Part shown: positions 26,198-36,332 of the stretch, piece after piece
Position numbering within the stretch: position 1 is the stretch's first letter
Layout of the letters: each line of letters opens with the position of its first letter
DNA from: Minisyncoccota bacterium
GTDB taxonomy: Bacteria; Patescibacteriota; Minisyncoccia; Phycocordibacterales; JABAAK01
NCBI GenBank assembly: GCA_965204115.1
Contig: OZ241963.1
Span: 468,622-532,621, forward strand
Length of the DNA: 64,000 nt
Direction: 5' to 3'
Made by a program: the position numbers and the translations under genes
Notes under the pieces: model-generated
What the model was told of the DNA's origin: nothing
What the model saw: the letters and a program-made list of their open reading frames with translations, nothing else
The model's database searches: none

Positions 26198-28063
26198 CTA
26201 CTTCGGGAGCCAGGTGTCGACCCACTTGAAGCGGTTGGGGGCCTGCTCCCTGGTTAACTCACGAGTTATTGATAGCCAGTAAAGAGCATAGAATTCGGCG
26301 GCATTTTCAGACATGTCGTTTCTGTAGTATGGGTCTTGATCAAGGATCAGATGTTCTCCGACTTCTGCCCGATCTTTCCTTGTTGCCTCTATAAATGCCT
26401 TGCCTTCTGCTGTCTCTTCCCAGTCAAACACACTGCCGCTGCCGTCTATGGAAACCACGGCGTGCTGATGTGCGTGGGTGATTTCATGCACAAGTATTAC
26501 TCGAAAAGTGAGTTCGTTAAAATCCTTAAGTGCCCAAAGCGTCCAAACTATTCCATCGCCGTACCATCCGCCGGATCTCATCGGAGTTGACAGTTCTCTG
26601 GCATCAACATACAGCAGGTCGTGCACCACCGTGACTTTGCTTAACACCTTTCGCGCTGTATCCGGCCATCGGTGTCCCACCAGTATGTTTCCCGGGGTGT
26701 TTTGCACATCTTTGGGGAAATTCATCTTTACCCCATTTGCCAGTGTTGTCGGGCGGGAGCGGTGCACCAGCACCTCTTTGGGCTCAAAGCCCTCCTTCTC
26801 CACACGCAAGTGTAGTGCCTCTCCTCCGACATTGCGGAAGATGTATCGTCCGTCTCGATCGGTGATGATTCGTTTCCCGGATACCGGTCCTGACAGTGCG
26901 GTGACGGTTGCTCCCGGTACCGGATATACGCGGGAGCGGTAAAAATGTTTGGCACTTATCGGCTGTTGGGGAATATACACAAATCCGGCGAGGTCTTGCG
27001 CACCGGGGCGGGCGGTGTCTCTCGTGATTATCTCCGGCGGTGGTTCCAGTATGTGCAGTGTTTCTGCATGCACATACTGCTTGGCCATTTTCACTCCGTT
27101 CTTGCTTGCGCTTTCCCTGCCGACAATAAGGGTGAATTTGCCGCGGTCGTTGGGCTGTATCCGATATTTGCCGATATAGGTTGCGGGAGTTTTGCCGGGT
27201 TTGGTGTCACCAGGGGCATAATACTTCCCTGTGGCATCAAGCGGCACGATGTTGTGCCGAATATCCCTGCCGTCAATACGGTAATACAGTTTCGGACGAG
27301 CGTTGATGCCATCTGAAACTGCCTGCTCCATTTCCTCAGAGAACATTATCTTGGTGTAGACAAGTGTCCCTGGTGGTATGGCGTCAGTTATTGGTTTCGT
27401 TAATCGTCCGTCGCTGTAATAGCCGACCGATTTAACCGTTGGAGCTGAAGGTTTCCCGAGCCGCAGCTTCTCCTTGTGCGTGTAAAACGCCGGGAGTGCG
27501 TTGCCCTCAAGGTCAACACTCAATTTGCCGATAGCAAACACAAATTCGCCAGTATCTTTCGGTTGTACGGTATATTTACAGATAAAGGATGTCGTTGTCT
27601 TTCTCGGTTTCGCATCGCCGGAAGAAAAATCTTCACCCTTCGCGCCGAAATCCGCGATATTGAAACGGGTGGTTTTCCCGTTTATCCTGCGATACAGGAT
27701 GGGACGGGATTGCTTGCCATCAGCAACAACCAGCTTCATGCTCTCAGAGAACTCCACCTTGATATAGATGGTTTTCCCTGCAGGTACCGCTCCGGTCAAT
27801 GGTTTTGTTAACTTCCAGTCGCTGTAATAGTTGACTGATTTGACTGTCGGAGCGCCTTTCACTTTTTGCAACATCGGCGCGCCGGGTGCGGTGTCTGGCA
27901 TTTTCAAGCTGCCGACTGTCTCCGCAGCGTCTTCTTTTATTCCGACCGGGTTTTCTATCTCTTCGTCGCCGCAGCCGGTGATATGTATAGCAAATACAAT
28001 AATTGCGCACATCACTGCCACAATATGGATCAGGGATACCTGATCCAACCTTTTCCTTCTCAT
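26198..28063 (-). CDS. Lipoprotein with duplicated Ig-like domain, carboxypeptidase-regulatory-like domain and C-terminal HEXXH zincin motif
   Basis: Lipobox ITG-C; two APTVKSV.YYSD..LTKP.T repeats; GATVT..TDRDGRYIF..VEKEGF; HEITHAHQH..ENAAE; AGGAGG SD. Confidence 0.8.
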   Translation of the reverse strand: MRRKRLDQVSLIHIVAVMCAIIVFAIHITGCGDEEIENPVGIKEDAAETVGSLKMPDTAPGAPMLQKVKGAPTVKSVNYYSDWKLTKPLTGAVPAGKTIYIKVEFSESMKLVVADGKQSRPILYRRINGKTTRFNIADFGAKGEDFSSGDAKPRKTTTSFICKYTVQPKDTGEFVFAIGKLSVDLEGNALPAFYTHKEKLRLGKPSAPTVKSVGYYSDGRLTKPITDAIPPGTLVYTKIMFSEEMEQAVSDGINARPKLYYRIDGRDIRHNIVPLDATGKYYAPGDTKPGKTPATYIGKYRIQPNDRGKFTLIVGRESASKNGVKMAKQYVHAETLHILEPPPEIITRDTARPGAQDLAGFVYIPQQPISAKHFYRSRVYPVPGATVTALSGPVSGKRIITDRDGRYIFRNVGGEALHLRVEKEGFEPKEVLVHRSRPTTLANGVKMNFPKDVQNTPGNILVGHRWPDTARKVLSKVTVVHDLLYVDARELSTPMRSGGWYGDGIVWTLWALKDFNELTFRVILVHEITHAHQHAVVSIDGSGSVFDWEETAEGKAFIEATRKDRAEVGEHLILDQDPYYRNDMSENAAEFYALYWLSITRELTREQAPNRFKWVDTWLPK

Positions 28064-28379
28064 TCTGGTTTCCTCCTCAAAATAGCGTTACAAGACCTTT
28101 TTAGGGTCTTTTTTGTTAAGGCTCAAACTACAGTTATTATACAATACTGTAGCAAATATGCAAGTTACCGTAGGCACTTGCTGAGCGATATTATCTGACT
28201 TTACCCCGCTCTTCTGGCACCAGTATACCGCACCCCTTTCTCGCTGCCAATACCGATTTCTTGTTTTTGCAGTAGTCGGTTTGGTGCGGAAGGGGGTGGG
28301 ATAGGTTGGGGTGAGGGGCTCTTTGATTATTGTGTTGCATTTTCCGCCGTGTATTTTTTCAGGGTTGTATACTGGGAAT

Positions 28380-31300
28380 ATGGTTGTGCGTTGTTTTTTC
28401 TATCTCTTTCTTTTTTTTGGACTATTCTTATCACCGGTTGCCATCGCGGAAGGTGCTGTTGTTTCCGGTGCCGCTCCGGGGGAGATGAAAGATGTGTTGG
28501 TGGATTGCCTGTCACTGGCGGATGAGCGGGATGCCTGCTATGCGACTGCTTGCGAGTATGAGCCCGGGTACTTGTGTGCGGAAGATGTGCTTGATGTGGT
28601 GGTAGAGATTGCCGGTCCGGAGCGAGCGATGGGGGTGCTGCACGAGATAATGGCGAGCCCTGTGTTTGCTATTACCTCTGACGGGCATCTGTTATCGCAT
28701 ATTGTCGGTCGAGCGACATCGCGCGTGTTCGGCTCTTCAGGGAACAATTTCTTGCGCTGTCCTTCTGACTTTAACAACGGTTGTTTTCACGGTTTTTTTG
28801 AGGACACCCTTCCGAAATCGGATTCGCCGGTGGATGTGGTTGTTTCTATTTGCGAGAATATGCCTCCTGACACACCGTTGAAAGAAAAATCCTATTGCTA
28901 TCACGGTGCGGGGCATGTGTTTATGATGCAGGTGAGCCATGATCTTGATGCTGCAATTGATCTTTGCCTGCAGGTGCCTGAGAATTGGTCGGAGAGTTGT
29001 TGGCAGGGGGTTTTTATGGAGAATGCCGGTGAGCGGGAGTGGGAATTGAAGCGGAAGAATTTTCGGGAAGATGAGCCATTGTATCCGTGTACCGCTGTTG
29101 AAGATCGTTTTAAGACCGAGTGCTATGTCAATCACCACGGATATCTTATCCGGCACTATAGCGAGTCATGGGATGAACTTGTTGCTGTATGTCTCGGTGC
29201 GGAGGATTTCACGCATGCCTGTCTCGGTGGCTTGGGGCTCATGCTCGGCAGTGATTTTTGGACTACCATCGTCGCTCAAGGGACACCTGTTGAAGGTAGG
29301 CCCCACACGGAGCAGGTGGTTTTTCTCTGTAATCAGTTTCCCTATGATTACATAGATGTTTGTTACTCCAATCTTATCCCTTCGTTTCTTAATTTTGACG
29401 GCACGGATATTCGAAATGCCTCAGGGGTGTGTGCTCTTGCCGATGCAGAGCATCGGCATGCTTGCTTCGAGCGCATCGGCTCTTACCTGAGTAATTTAGT
29501 TTCCGATGAGTCGGAAAAGATTGCTGTATGCCATAGTGTTCCGAGAGAATATCGTGATGCGTGTTTGGGTGTGCGTTCGGAAGAGTTTGATGGATATGTA
29601 GATAGGGAGGTGTCCGAGGGCACTGCGGCTAATGGTTCCGGTTCATTTTTCTCTAGAGCAGTTCAGTTTCTTTCCGCGTTATTTGGCCGTTTAGCAACGG
29701 CTTTTACGCGACCGGTGCATGCACATTCTGGTGGTAGTGATGAGCAGGATCTGTCTCGGTATGCGCACCCTGAATTGCATCAAGGTCTTGAGGTGTGTTT
29801 ATCGTTGCAGGAGGGGAGGGATATGTGTTATTTGTCTCTGTGTGATGGTGCTGTTGGGTTTCTTTGTGCGGAGGATGTACTGCATACCGCCACGGTCGGT
29901 TTTGGTCCCGAGGTGGCGATGCAGGTGTTGGAGGAGATGATAGCAAGCCCCCTTTTTTCATTCAATGCGGCGAACGAAGGGCACAGCTTGGCGCATGCTA
30001 TTGGGAGAATAACTGCACAGCACTTCGGTGGCACCGGCGATGCCTTTTTGCGATGTCCCACTGCACTTGATTATGGCTGCCAGCATGGGTTTCTTGAGGA
30101 TGCGTTGATTAGAGTTGACTCTCCCGCGGAGGCGGTGACGAATATTTGTGAAAGTTTGCCGGCAGTGCCGACGATAGGTCGACCGAATTGCTACCATGGT
30201 TCGGGGCATGGAGTGATGATGAATGCGAGCTATGACCTTGCTGAGGCACTTGCTGTGTGTGATCAGGTTCCCGATCCTTTGAGTTGTTTTACCGGAGTTG
30301 CTATGGAGAATGTGAGTGGGAAGACCTCCGGTAGAATACAGGAACTATATGCAGAGCATGACAGTTTTGAAAAAGATAACCCGCTGGCGCCCTGTGACAC
30401 ACTGACTGACACACTTCATCGCAGGGCGTGTTATCGACAGCACATGCCGTATTTGGCATCTTATTTCAGCCATGACCTGCAGGATGTGGTGGATGCCTGT
30501 CTTGGTGCGGGTGATCCTGTTGATATTCGTGATTGTGTGTTTGGCTTCGGTGCGTATGGTATCTATGACGGCATTCAGGAGAGTTTTCTTCACGGTTTTG
30601 AGGGTGATTTTATGGACAAAATAATTATTATGTGCAATCAGTTTCCTGAGGAATACCGCATGCATTGCTACACACCGGCGATTGATCAGTCGACTGTTTT
30701 TTATCGGGTGAAAAGGGCTTCTGATTTTTGTTATAAGATTGACGCGCGATACATGCGGGAGTGTTTCAATGTCATCGGCGATCGTTTGAGGAGTTTAGTT
30801 GTTGATCGTGACGAGACAGAAGCAGAGTGCTCTTCAGTTCCTGAGGAGTATCGGATTGAGTGTACTGATCCGCATCGGCATCAAGGGGAAGATGTCTCTG
30901 TTGATACGCCTTTTGGCGTGATAGCGGTTGAGCAGGCATCCGATTCTTTATTTGCGTGGGTTAAGCAGCTTCTTTCTGACATTGTTGCGGATGTATTCAG
31001 TGTGCTTGGTATGTTTGCTCGCCCTGTTTCCGCGCAAAGTGTTGCTGTGCCTTTAGCTGAAGGGGTGGAAAAATGTTTGGAGCAAGGGGGTGAGGTGGCG
31101 TGTTATGCTTCGCTGTGTGCATATGAGTCAGGGTATTTGTGCGCGGAGAGTATTTTGGAGGTGGTGACGAAAGGGTGGGGTCCTGAGGTTGCTATGGAAA
31201 TACTGATGAATATGATACAGAGCCCACTTTTCTCTTTTAGTCCGTCATCAGAGGGGCATAACTTAGCTCATACCGTTGGTCGGGTTACAGCGCAATGGTT

Positions 31301-33419
31301 TGGATCTGATGGAGTGTCATTTATCAGATGCCCGACTGATCTTGCGTATGGCTGTCACCATGGGTTTTTTGAGGTTGCACTTGTCGCATCGGAAGGCGAC
31401 CCTGCCGCCGCGGTTCACAGCATCTGTGAGCATATGCCGGATAAGCCGGAGTTGGGGAAGGTGAGTTGCTATCATGGTGCCGGTCACGGGATAATGATGC
31501 ATGAGAGCCATGACTTAGATAGAGCACTTGCGGTGTGCGATCAGTTGTCTCACGGGCGGAATATTTGCTATGATGGTGTTTTTATGGAGCATATTAACGC
31601 AAGGCATGGTCTCGGATCGGAGAATAATCAGTTTGATGTTCATAATCCCCTTGCGCCGTGTAATGTTGTTGCAGAGAAGTATCGGCATGATTGCTTCTAT
31701 CGGCATGGGAACTATCTGTTCCCCTATTTCGGGTATTTATTGGAGGATGTTATTGAGGCGTGTCTCGGTGCCGGTGAGCACATTGAGGTGTGCTTGACTG
31801 CTGTTAGCGGCTCTTTGTTTCTTCCCAGTTTTCAGGAGCGGGTGTTTCCCGGTATGCGAGGTTCATTAGCGGATAAGGCGACGACGATATGCGGTGTGTT
31901 TCCTGATGGGTACAAGCGTGTCTGTTATGTTGTTTTTGCCGGAGAGGCGACTATTTTTCATGGAGCGAAAGAGGCATCAACTCTTTGCTCTGATGTTGAT
32001 AAGGTATATCAATCGTTATGCCTGAGAGAGGTTAATAGGAGAGTTAATGATTTGGCGGCAACTGATTACGAGCGAATTGCGATGTGTGCTGCTGTTTCTG
32101 AAGAGTACCAGCATGTATGCTTGTCTGAAGGTGATTTTGATCGTCGTTCTGATCAGGCTGAGGAGACAGCAAGTTCCACCCCCCCCTCTTTTTTACACGA
32201 CTTATTTGCTTATGTGGATAGTGTTGTGCGCTCATTTTTTTCCGCGGTTGTCGCTATAAAGCGTCCTATCAAGAATGTATCTCATGCTGATTGTGATGCC
32301 TCTCCTGTATGGCGATATGTGGGTGATTTTGTGTATGGAGGTGTTGGGGATCGTGACTATTTCGGGGATGCCGTCTCTTTATTCGGCACTACGCTTGCGG
32401 TTGGTGCGTTTGGAGATGATGCTGGTGATATTGACACTGGGGCGGTGTATTTGTTTGAGTTGGGGGGTGGCGCCCTCGGAGATCCGTTACTTAAAATTTC
32501 CGGCGAGCAAGCAGGAGAGGGATTGCTTAATGTCGGTTTGGAGGCGAGAGATCGTCTTGGCAGAGGTTTGTCACTTCAGGGCAATACTCTTGCGGTGGGC
32601 GCGTATTATGATTCAGAAAAGAAGGGGGCAGTATATCTGTTTGAGTCGGATGCTGAAGGTGTTTGGAGTCAGTCGCTCAAGATATCTGACAATGAAGGTG
32701 GTAAAGGATTACTTCCGATTTCTCTGAGTCGTGCCGCTCATTTTGGCGCATCTGTGTCGTTGCACGGTAACAGATTGGCAGTCGGCGCATATTTGTCTGA
32801 TGACGGTATGGGTGCGGTGTATCTGTTTGAGAGGGATGCTGACGGTATTTGGTCATACCTGTTGAAGTTGTCCGGGACAGTTGTTCCGCATGAGCGGGAT
32901 GCTGCGTTTGGGCGATCTGTTTCCCTGTATGGTGATTTTTTGGCAGTCGGCGCACCTCGGAGTGGCCCTGGAGATACCGGGGCGGTATATCTTTTTAATC
33001 GCGATGCATCTGGCACATGGGATCTTGTGTTAGAATTTTCTGTCACTGGTGCGGGAGTTGACTTGTCAGAGGGTCTGGATGAGAATGATCATTTCGGAAC
33101 CTCAGTTTTTCTTCGTGATACTGTTCTTGCGGTCGGTGCGTATGGAGATGATAGTGAAATTGCTGATACCGGAGCAGTGTACTTATTTGAGAAGAGTGTC
33201 GGCAGTAACTGGGAGCAATCGTTGAAGATATCTAATGCCAGTGAGTTATTCATCGTGCCTCTTGAGGAGGGCGGGATGTTCGGGAGTGCTGTCTCGTTTT
33301 CCGATGAGGTGTTAGTTGTCGGTGGATACCTGTATGATAGCGGGGGCACTGAAAGAGGTGTGGTTTATTTATTTGAAAATGAGTTGCAAAATACTTGTTC
33401 TGCTCAATATCGCCTATGA
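28380..33419 (+). CDS. Exported protein with three His/Cys-rich domains and C-terminal FG-GAP (integrin-alpha-like) repeats
   Basis: 3x HxxxH..GCxHG..CYHGxGH..GVxME; six FG.SVSL.G..LAVGA...GAVYLF repeats. Confidence 0.88.
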   Translation: MVVRCFFYLFLFFGLFLSPVAIAEGAVVSGAAPGEMKDVLVDCLSLADERDACYATACEYEPGYLCAEDVLDVVVEIAGPERAMGVLHEIMASPVFAITSDGHLLSHIVGRATSRVFGSSGNNFLRCPSDFNNGCFHGFFEDTLPKSDSPVDVVVSICENMPPDTPLKEKSYCYHGAGHVFMMQVSHDLDAAIDLCLQVPENWSESCWQGVFMENAGEREWELKRKNFREDEPLYPCTAVEDRFKTECYVNHHGYLIRHYSESWDELVAVCLGAEDFTHACLGGLGLMLGSDFWTTIVAQGTPVEGRPHTEQVVFLCNQFPYDYIDVCYSNLIPSFLNFDGTDIRNASGVCALADAEHRHACFERIGSYLSNLVSDESEKIAVCHSVPREYRDACLGVRSEEFDGYVDREVSEGTAANGSGSFFSRAVQFLSALFGRLATAFTRPVHAHSGGSDEQDLSRYAHPELHQGLEVCLSLQEGRDMCYLSLCDGAVGFLCAEDVLHTATVGFGPEVAMQVLEEMIASPLFSFNAANEGHSLAHAIGRITAQHFGGTGDAFLRCPTALDYGCQHGFLEDALIRVDSPAEAVTNICESLPAVPTIGRPNCYHGSGHGVMMNASYDLAEALAVCDQVPDPLSCFTGVAMENVSGKTSGRIQELYAEHDSFEKDNPLAPCDTLTDTLHRRACYRQHMPYLASYFSHDLQDVVDACLGAGDPVDIRDCVFGFGAYGIYDGIQESFLHGFEGDFMDKIIIMCNQFPEEYRMHCYTPAIDQSTVFYRVKRASDFCYKIDARYMRECFNVIGDRLRSLVVDRDETEAECSSVPEEYRIECTDPHRHQGEDVSVDTPFGVIAVEQASDSLFAWVKQLLSDIVADVFSVLGMFARPVSAQSVAVPLAEGVEKCLEQGGEVACYASLCAYESGYLCAESILEVVTKGWGPEVAMEILMNMIQSPLFSFSPSSEGHNLAHTVGRVTAQWFGSDGVSFIRCPTDLAYGCHHGFFEVALVASEGDPAAAVHSICEHMPDKPELGKVSCYHGAGHGIMMHESHDLDRALAVCDQLSHGRNICYDGVFMEHINARHGLGSENNQFDVHNPLAPCNVVAEKYRHDCFYRHGNYLFPYFGYLLEDVIEACLGAGEHIEVCLTAVSGSLFLPSFQERVFPGMRGSLADKATTICGVFPDGYKRVCYVVFAGEATIFHGAKEASTLCSDVDKVYQSLCLREVNRRVNDLAATDYERIAMCAAVSEEYQHVCLSEGDFDRRSDQAEETASSTPPSFLHDLFAYVDSVVRSFFSAVVAIKRPIKNVSHADCDASPVWRYVGDFVYGGVGDRDYFGDAVSLFGTTLAVGAFGDDAGDIDTGAVYLFELGGGALGDPLLKISGEQAGEGLLNVGLEARDRLGRGLSLQGNTLAVGAYYDSEKKGAVYLFESDAEGVWSQSLKISDNEGGKGLLPISLSRAAHFGASVSLHGNRLAVGAYLSDDGMGAVYLFERDADGIWSYLLKLSGTVVPHERDAAFGRSVSLYGDFLAVGAPRSGPGDTGAVYLFNRDASGTWDLVLEFSVTGAGVDLSEGLDENDHFGTSVFLRDTVLAVGAYGDDSEIADTGAVYLFEKSVGSNWEQSLKISNASELFIVPLEEGGMFGSAVSFSDEVLVVGGYLYDSGGTERGVVYLFENELQNTCSAQYRL

Positions 33420-34651
33420 TTATGTTAAGCCGTGTAAAAAGAAAAAGTGTGCCATTTGTTATTGCGGTCATTTTTTTGATTATTCTTTTCACACTTGCTT
33501 TTTTGTTTGTGGGGGCAACAGAGGATCAAAGGGGTGGTCATTCAGCAATGATGCGTTCTGTAAGTCGGTGTTTAGAGCGGGATGGTGAGCGAGATGCGTG
33601 CCTTGCATCTTTGTGTGAACATGAAGTTGGCTATTTGTGTGCTGAACATGTTGTTGATATGGCGACTAAGGTTGGTGGACCTGAGGCGGGAATGGATGCT
33701 TTGCGGCAGATATTGGAGGGTCCTGTTTTCGGAATTGACTCAAACGGGCATCAGTTGGCACATATTGTGGGCAGGGCATCTTCGTTGCACTGGGGATTCT
33801 CCGGTGATGTTTTTAATCGGTGTCCTATTGATTTTGACTATGGTTGTTTGCATGGTTTTTTTGAGATTGCCATGACCAAAGTTGACTCCCCGACGGATGT
33901 ACTTGTTAGTATTTGTGAAAATGCATCTAACGGTCCGAAGTTTGATAAAGTGAATTGCTATCACGGCGGCGGACATGGTGTCATGATGAATGAGAGTTAC
34001 AACCTTGATAAGGCGCTCTCAGTATGTGATTCTTTGCCGGCTGATTTCATGCGTCGGGATTGTTGGGGAGGTGTCTTTATGGAGAATAATAATAGGTTTC
34101 GAAATGGTTTGGTGGCGGATGAACAGAGCACATTCCGCTCGGACAATCCGCGCGCGCCTTGTGACTCTGTGGCAGATAAGTATCGGCATTCGTGCTGGAT
34201 ACTTCATGCTGATTATCTGATTAACGCCTACAGCACTTCATTGGATGATTTGATTGATGTTTGTCTTGGGGCCGGTGATTATGTTGAGGGATGTTTGCAT
34301 GGTGTCGCCAGGATATTTTCCGCTGAACGGCAGGATGTTATACTCCGCGGATCTGATATTGAGATAGAGGGAGACTTTGTCGATCGCACTTTCCAGTTAT
34401 GCGATAAGTTTCCCGATGATTATGTGCAGTCATGCCATTTTTTTGTTGTTGAGCATTTTATATTTCCGTATAAACTTCGCACTGGCTTTGATCAGGCACA
34501 TAAATATTGCATGCTCGTTGATTCTGATCGGGGTGAATGTTTTGAAAGAATAGGAATTCGTCTCAGCGATTTGATGGATGATGACGCGCGAGTGGCTATG
34601 TGTGAGGCTGTTCCACCTGAATGGCGCGATAGGTGTTCCGATGCTCGGTAA
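33416..34651 (+). CDS. Membrane-anchored protein with one His/Cys-rich domain
   Basis: ATGA overlap with upstream stop; GHQLAH, GCLHG, CYHGGGH, GVFMEN. Confidence 0.85.
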   Translation: MIMLSRVKRKSVPFVIAVIFLIILFTLAFLFVGATEDQRGGHSAMMRSVSRCLERDGERDACLASLCEHEVGYLCAEHVVDMATKVGGPEAGMDALRQILEGPVFGIDSNGHQLAHIVGRASSLHWGFSGDVFNRCPIDFDYGCLHGFFEIAMTKVDSPTDVLVSICENASNGPKFDKVNCYHGGGHGVMMNESYNLDKALSVCDSLPADFMRRDCWGGVFMENNNRFRNGLVADEQSTFRSDNPRAPCDSVADKYRHSCWILHADYLINAYSTSLDDLIDVCLGAGDYVEGCLHGVARIFSAERQDVILRGSDIEIEGDFVDRTFQLCDKFPDDYVQSCHFFVVEHFIFPYKLRTGFDQAHKYCMLVDSDRGECFERIGIRLSDLMDDDARVAMCEAVPPEWRDRCSDAR

Positions 34652-34707
34652 TAGGTTGCAGTGTTTTACTGAAATTGATGTTGTGTCATACTGTTACTAT
34701 TGTGCTT

Positions 34708-36216
34708 ATGAGAAAAGAGTTGTTGGCAGTTATTTTTTTGCTTTTCCTGTGTGTGGCGTTGAGTGTATTTTTTGTGCTTGATTTCGGTTTTGATGGCGCT
34801 GATCGCGCTTCACCGGATGTGGCTTTGACGCCTGCTATGGATTCAGAGAAGTTGTTGTATGACGATGCGTTTATGGATGAGATGCTGCAGTTGTATTCAC
34901 TGCGGTCGTTGACCGCTTCGCTGAGCCGTCTTGGGTCTGTGAAAGGGATTGATTGTCATGATCGCGCGCATGAGCTGGGGCGGCGGGCGTATGAGACGGT
35001 CGGTTCTGAGGCGTTTAAGAGTTGTGGCATTGAGTGTCATTCCGGCTGTCGGCATGGTGCTACCGAGGCGTTTTTTGCTGATAAGGGGACCTCCGATTTA
35101 ATCAGTGGCATGGGGGTTCTCTGCGGAGATGAGATGGGCAATAAGTTTCATATGCACCAATGTATTCATGGTATTGGGCACGGACTGATGGCGTGGTATG
35201 ATTATGATTTGCATAAGGCGTTGCAGGCGTGTGATTTGATAGAGCACCCGTTTCATCAGGGCTCTTGTTATTCTGGTGTGTTTATGGAGAATATCGTGGG
35301 CAGTATTGTTCGTGACAAATCGGTTCCTGATGGGGAGGTGTACCATCATACAGATTTTTTGAGTGATGATCCGCACTACCCATGTAATGCGATTGCTGAT
35401 CGGTACAAGTGGCAGTGTTACTGGGGTCAGACGGATCGCATGCTTCAGCTTTCTGGAAATATTAACTTATTAGGGGATTTTTGCGCCGAGTCACCGGAGT
35501 TTGTTCATGGTGCTTGTTTTCATAGTATGGGGCGAACCACCTCCGGTTTTTTTTCTCGTGACATAGGGCAGAGCTTTGCAGTGTGTGACGCGGTTCCTGA
35601 TGCTGCAAACAGAAATATCTGTATGGGGGGTGTGTTGTCTGATCTTTTTTGGGATCAAACACATGCCGATCGAGCGGTGGCTTTTTGTGAGATGTCATTA
35701 AACACTTCGTTTGAAGAGCGATGTTATGAAAACCTGATTATCAGGGCTTCTGAGACTGTTTCCGATGTGGATATGCGGTGGTTCTGTGAGAAGTTGCCTG
35801 ATGCCTACTATGAACAATGTGCGCATCAGGAGACACCGCGGGCATTTCCTATTTCTACACAGGGCGATATCTCGCCTGTCGCCGTGGAGAAAACCGATAC
35901 CGCGGTTATTCGGTATGTGGATGGCAGGTATGTTCCTGATGCGGTTCATATCTCAGTCGGGCAGGAGGTGGTGTGGGTGAATGAGGATGGTAAACGGTTG
36001 TTTTGGCCTGCGTCTAATATCCACCCGACGCATACTGCGTACCCGGGGTCTGCTATTCAGAAGTGTGGTACTGATGAGCAGGGGGGTATTTTTGATGCAT
36101 GTGAAGGGTTGCCGCGTGGCGCGGAGTATTCATTTGTGTTTACCGAGGTGGGGCAGTGGCGGTTTCACGATCATATCAATCCGCGGGCAGCGGGTACGGT
36201 GATTGTTTCTGAGTGA
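34708..36216 (+). CDS. His/Cys-rich domain fused to atypical cupredoxin domain
   Basis: CHDRAH, GCRHG, CIHGIGH, GVFMEN; C-terminal P..V.I..GQ.V.W.N..HPTH..YSFVF..GQWRFHDH. Confidence 0.85.
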   Translation: MRKELLAVIFLLFLCVALSVFFVLDFGFDGADRASPDVALTPAMDSEKLLYDDAFMDEMLQLYSLRSLTASLSRLGSVKGIDCHDRAHELGRRAYETVGSEAFKSCGIECHSGCRHGATEAFFADKGTSDLISGMGVLCGDEMGNKFHMHQCIHGIGHGLMAWYDYDLHKALQACDLIEHPFHQGSCYSGVFMENIVGSIVRDKSVPDGEVYHHTDFLSDDPHYPCNAIADRYKWQCYWGQTDRMLQLSGNINLLGDFCAESPEFVHGACFHSMGRTTSGFFSRDIGQSFAVCDAVPDAANRNICMGGVLSDLFWDQTHADRAVAFCEMSLNTSFEERCYENLIIRASETVSDVDMRWFCEKLPDAYYEQCAHQETPRAFPISTQGDISPVAVEKTDTAVIRYVDGRYVPDAVHISVGQEVVWVNEDGKRLFWPASNIHPTHTAYPGSAIQKCGTDEQGGIFDACEGLPRGAEYSFVFTEVGQWRFHDHINPRAAGTVIVSE

Positions 36217-36332
36217 TTTTCACCGTTCTGTTGCATGTGGTACAGTGTGGTCAGAAATTGACGCTGTGTCAGTTGTGTATTTTGGTGTAAAAAGTGATTT
36301 CCCGAGATGTTTTCGGGAAGGAGGAATGCAGA

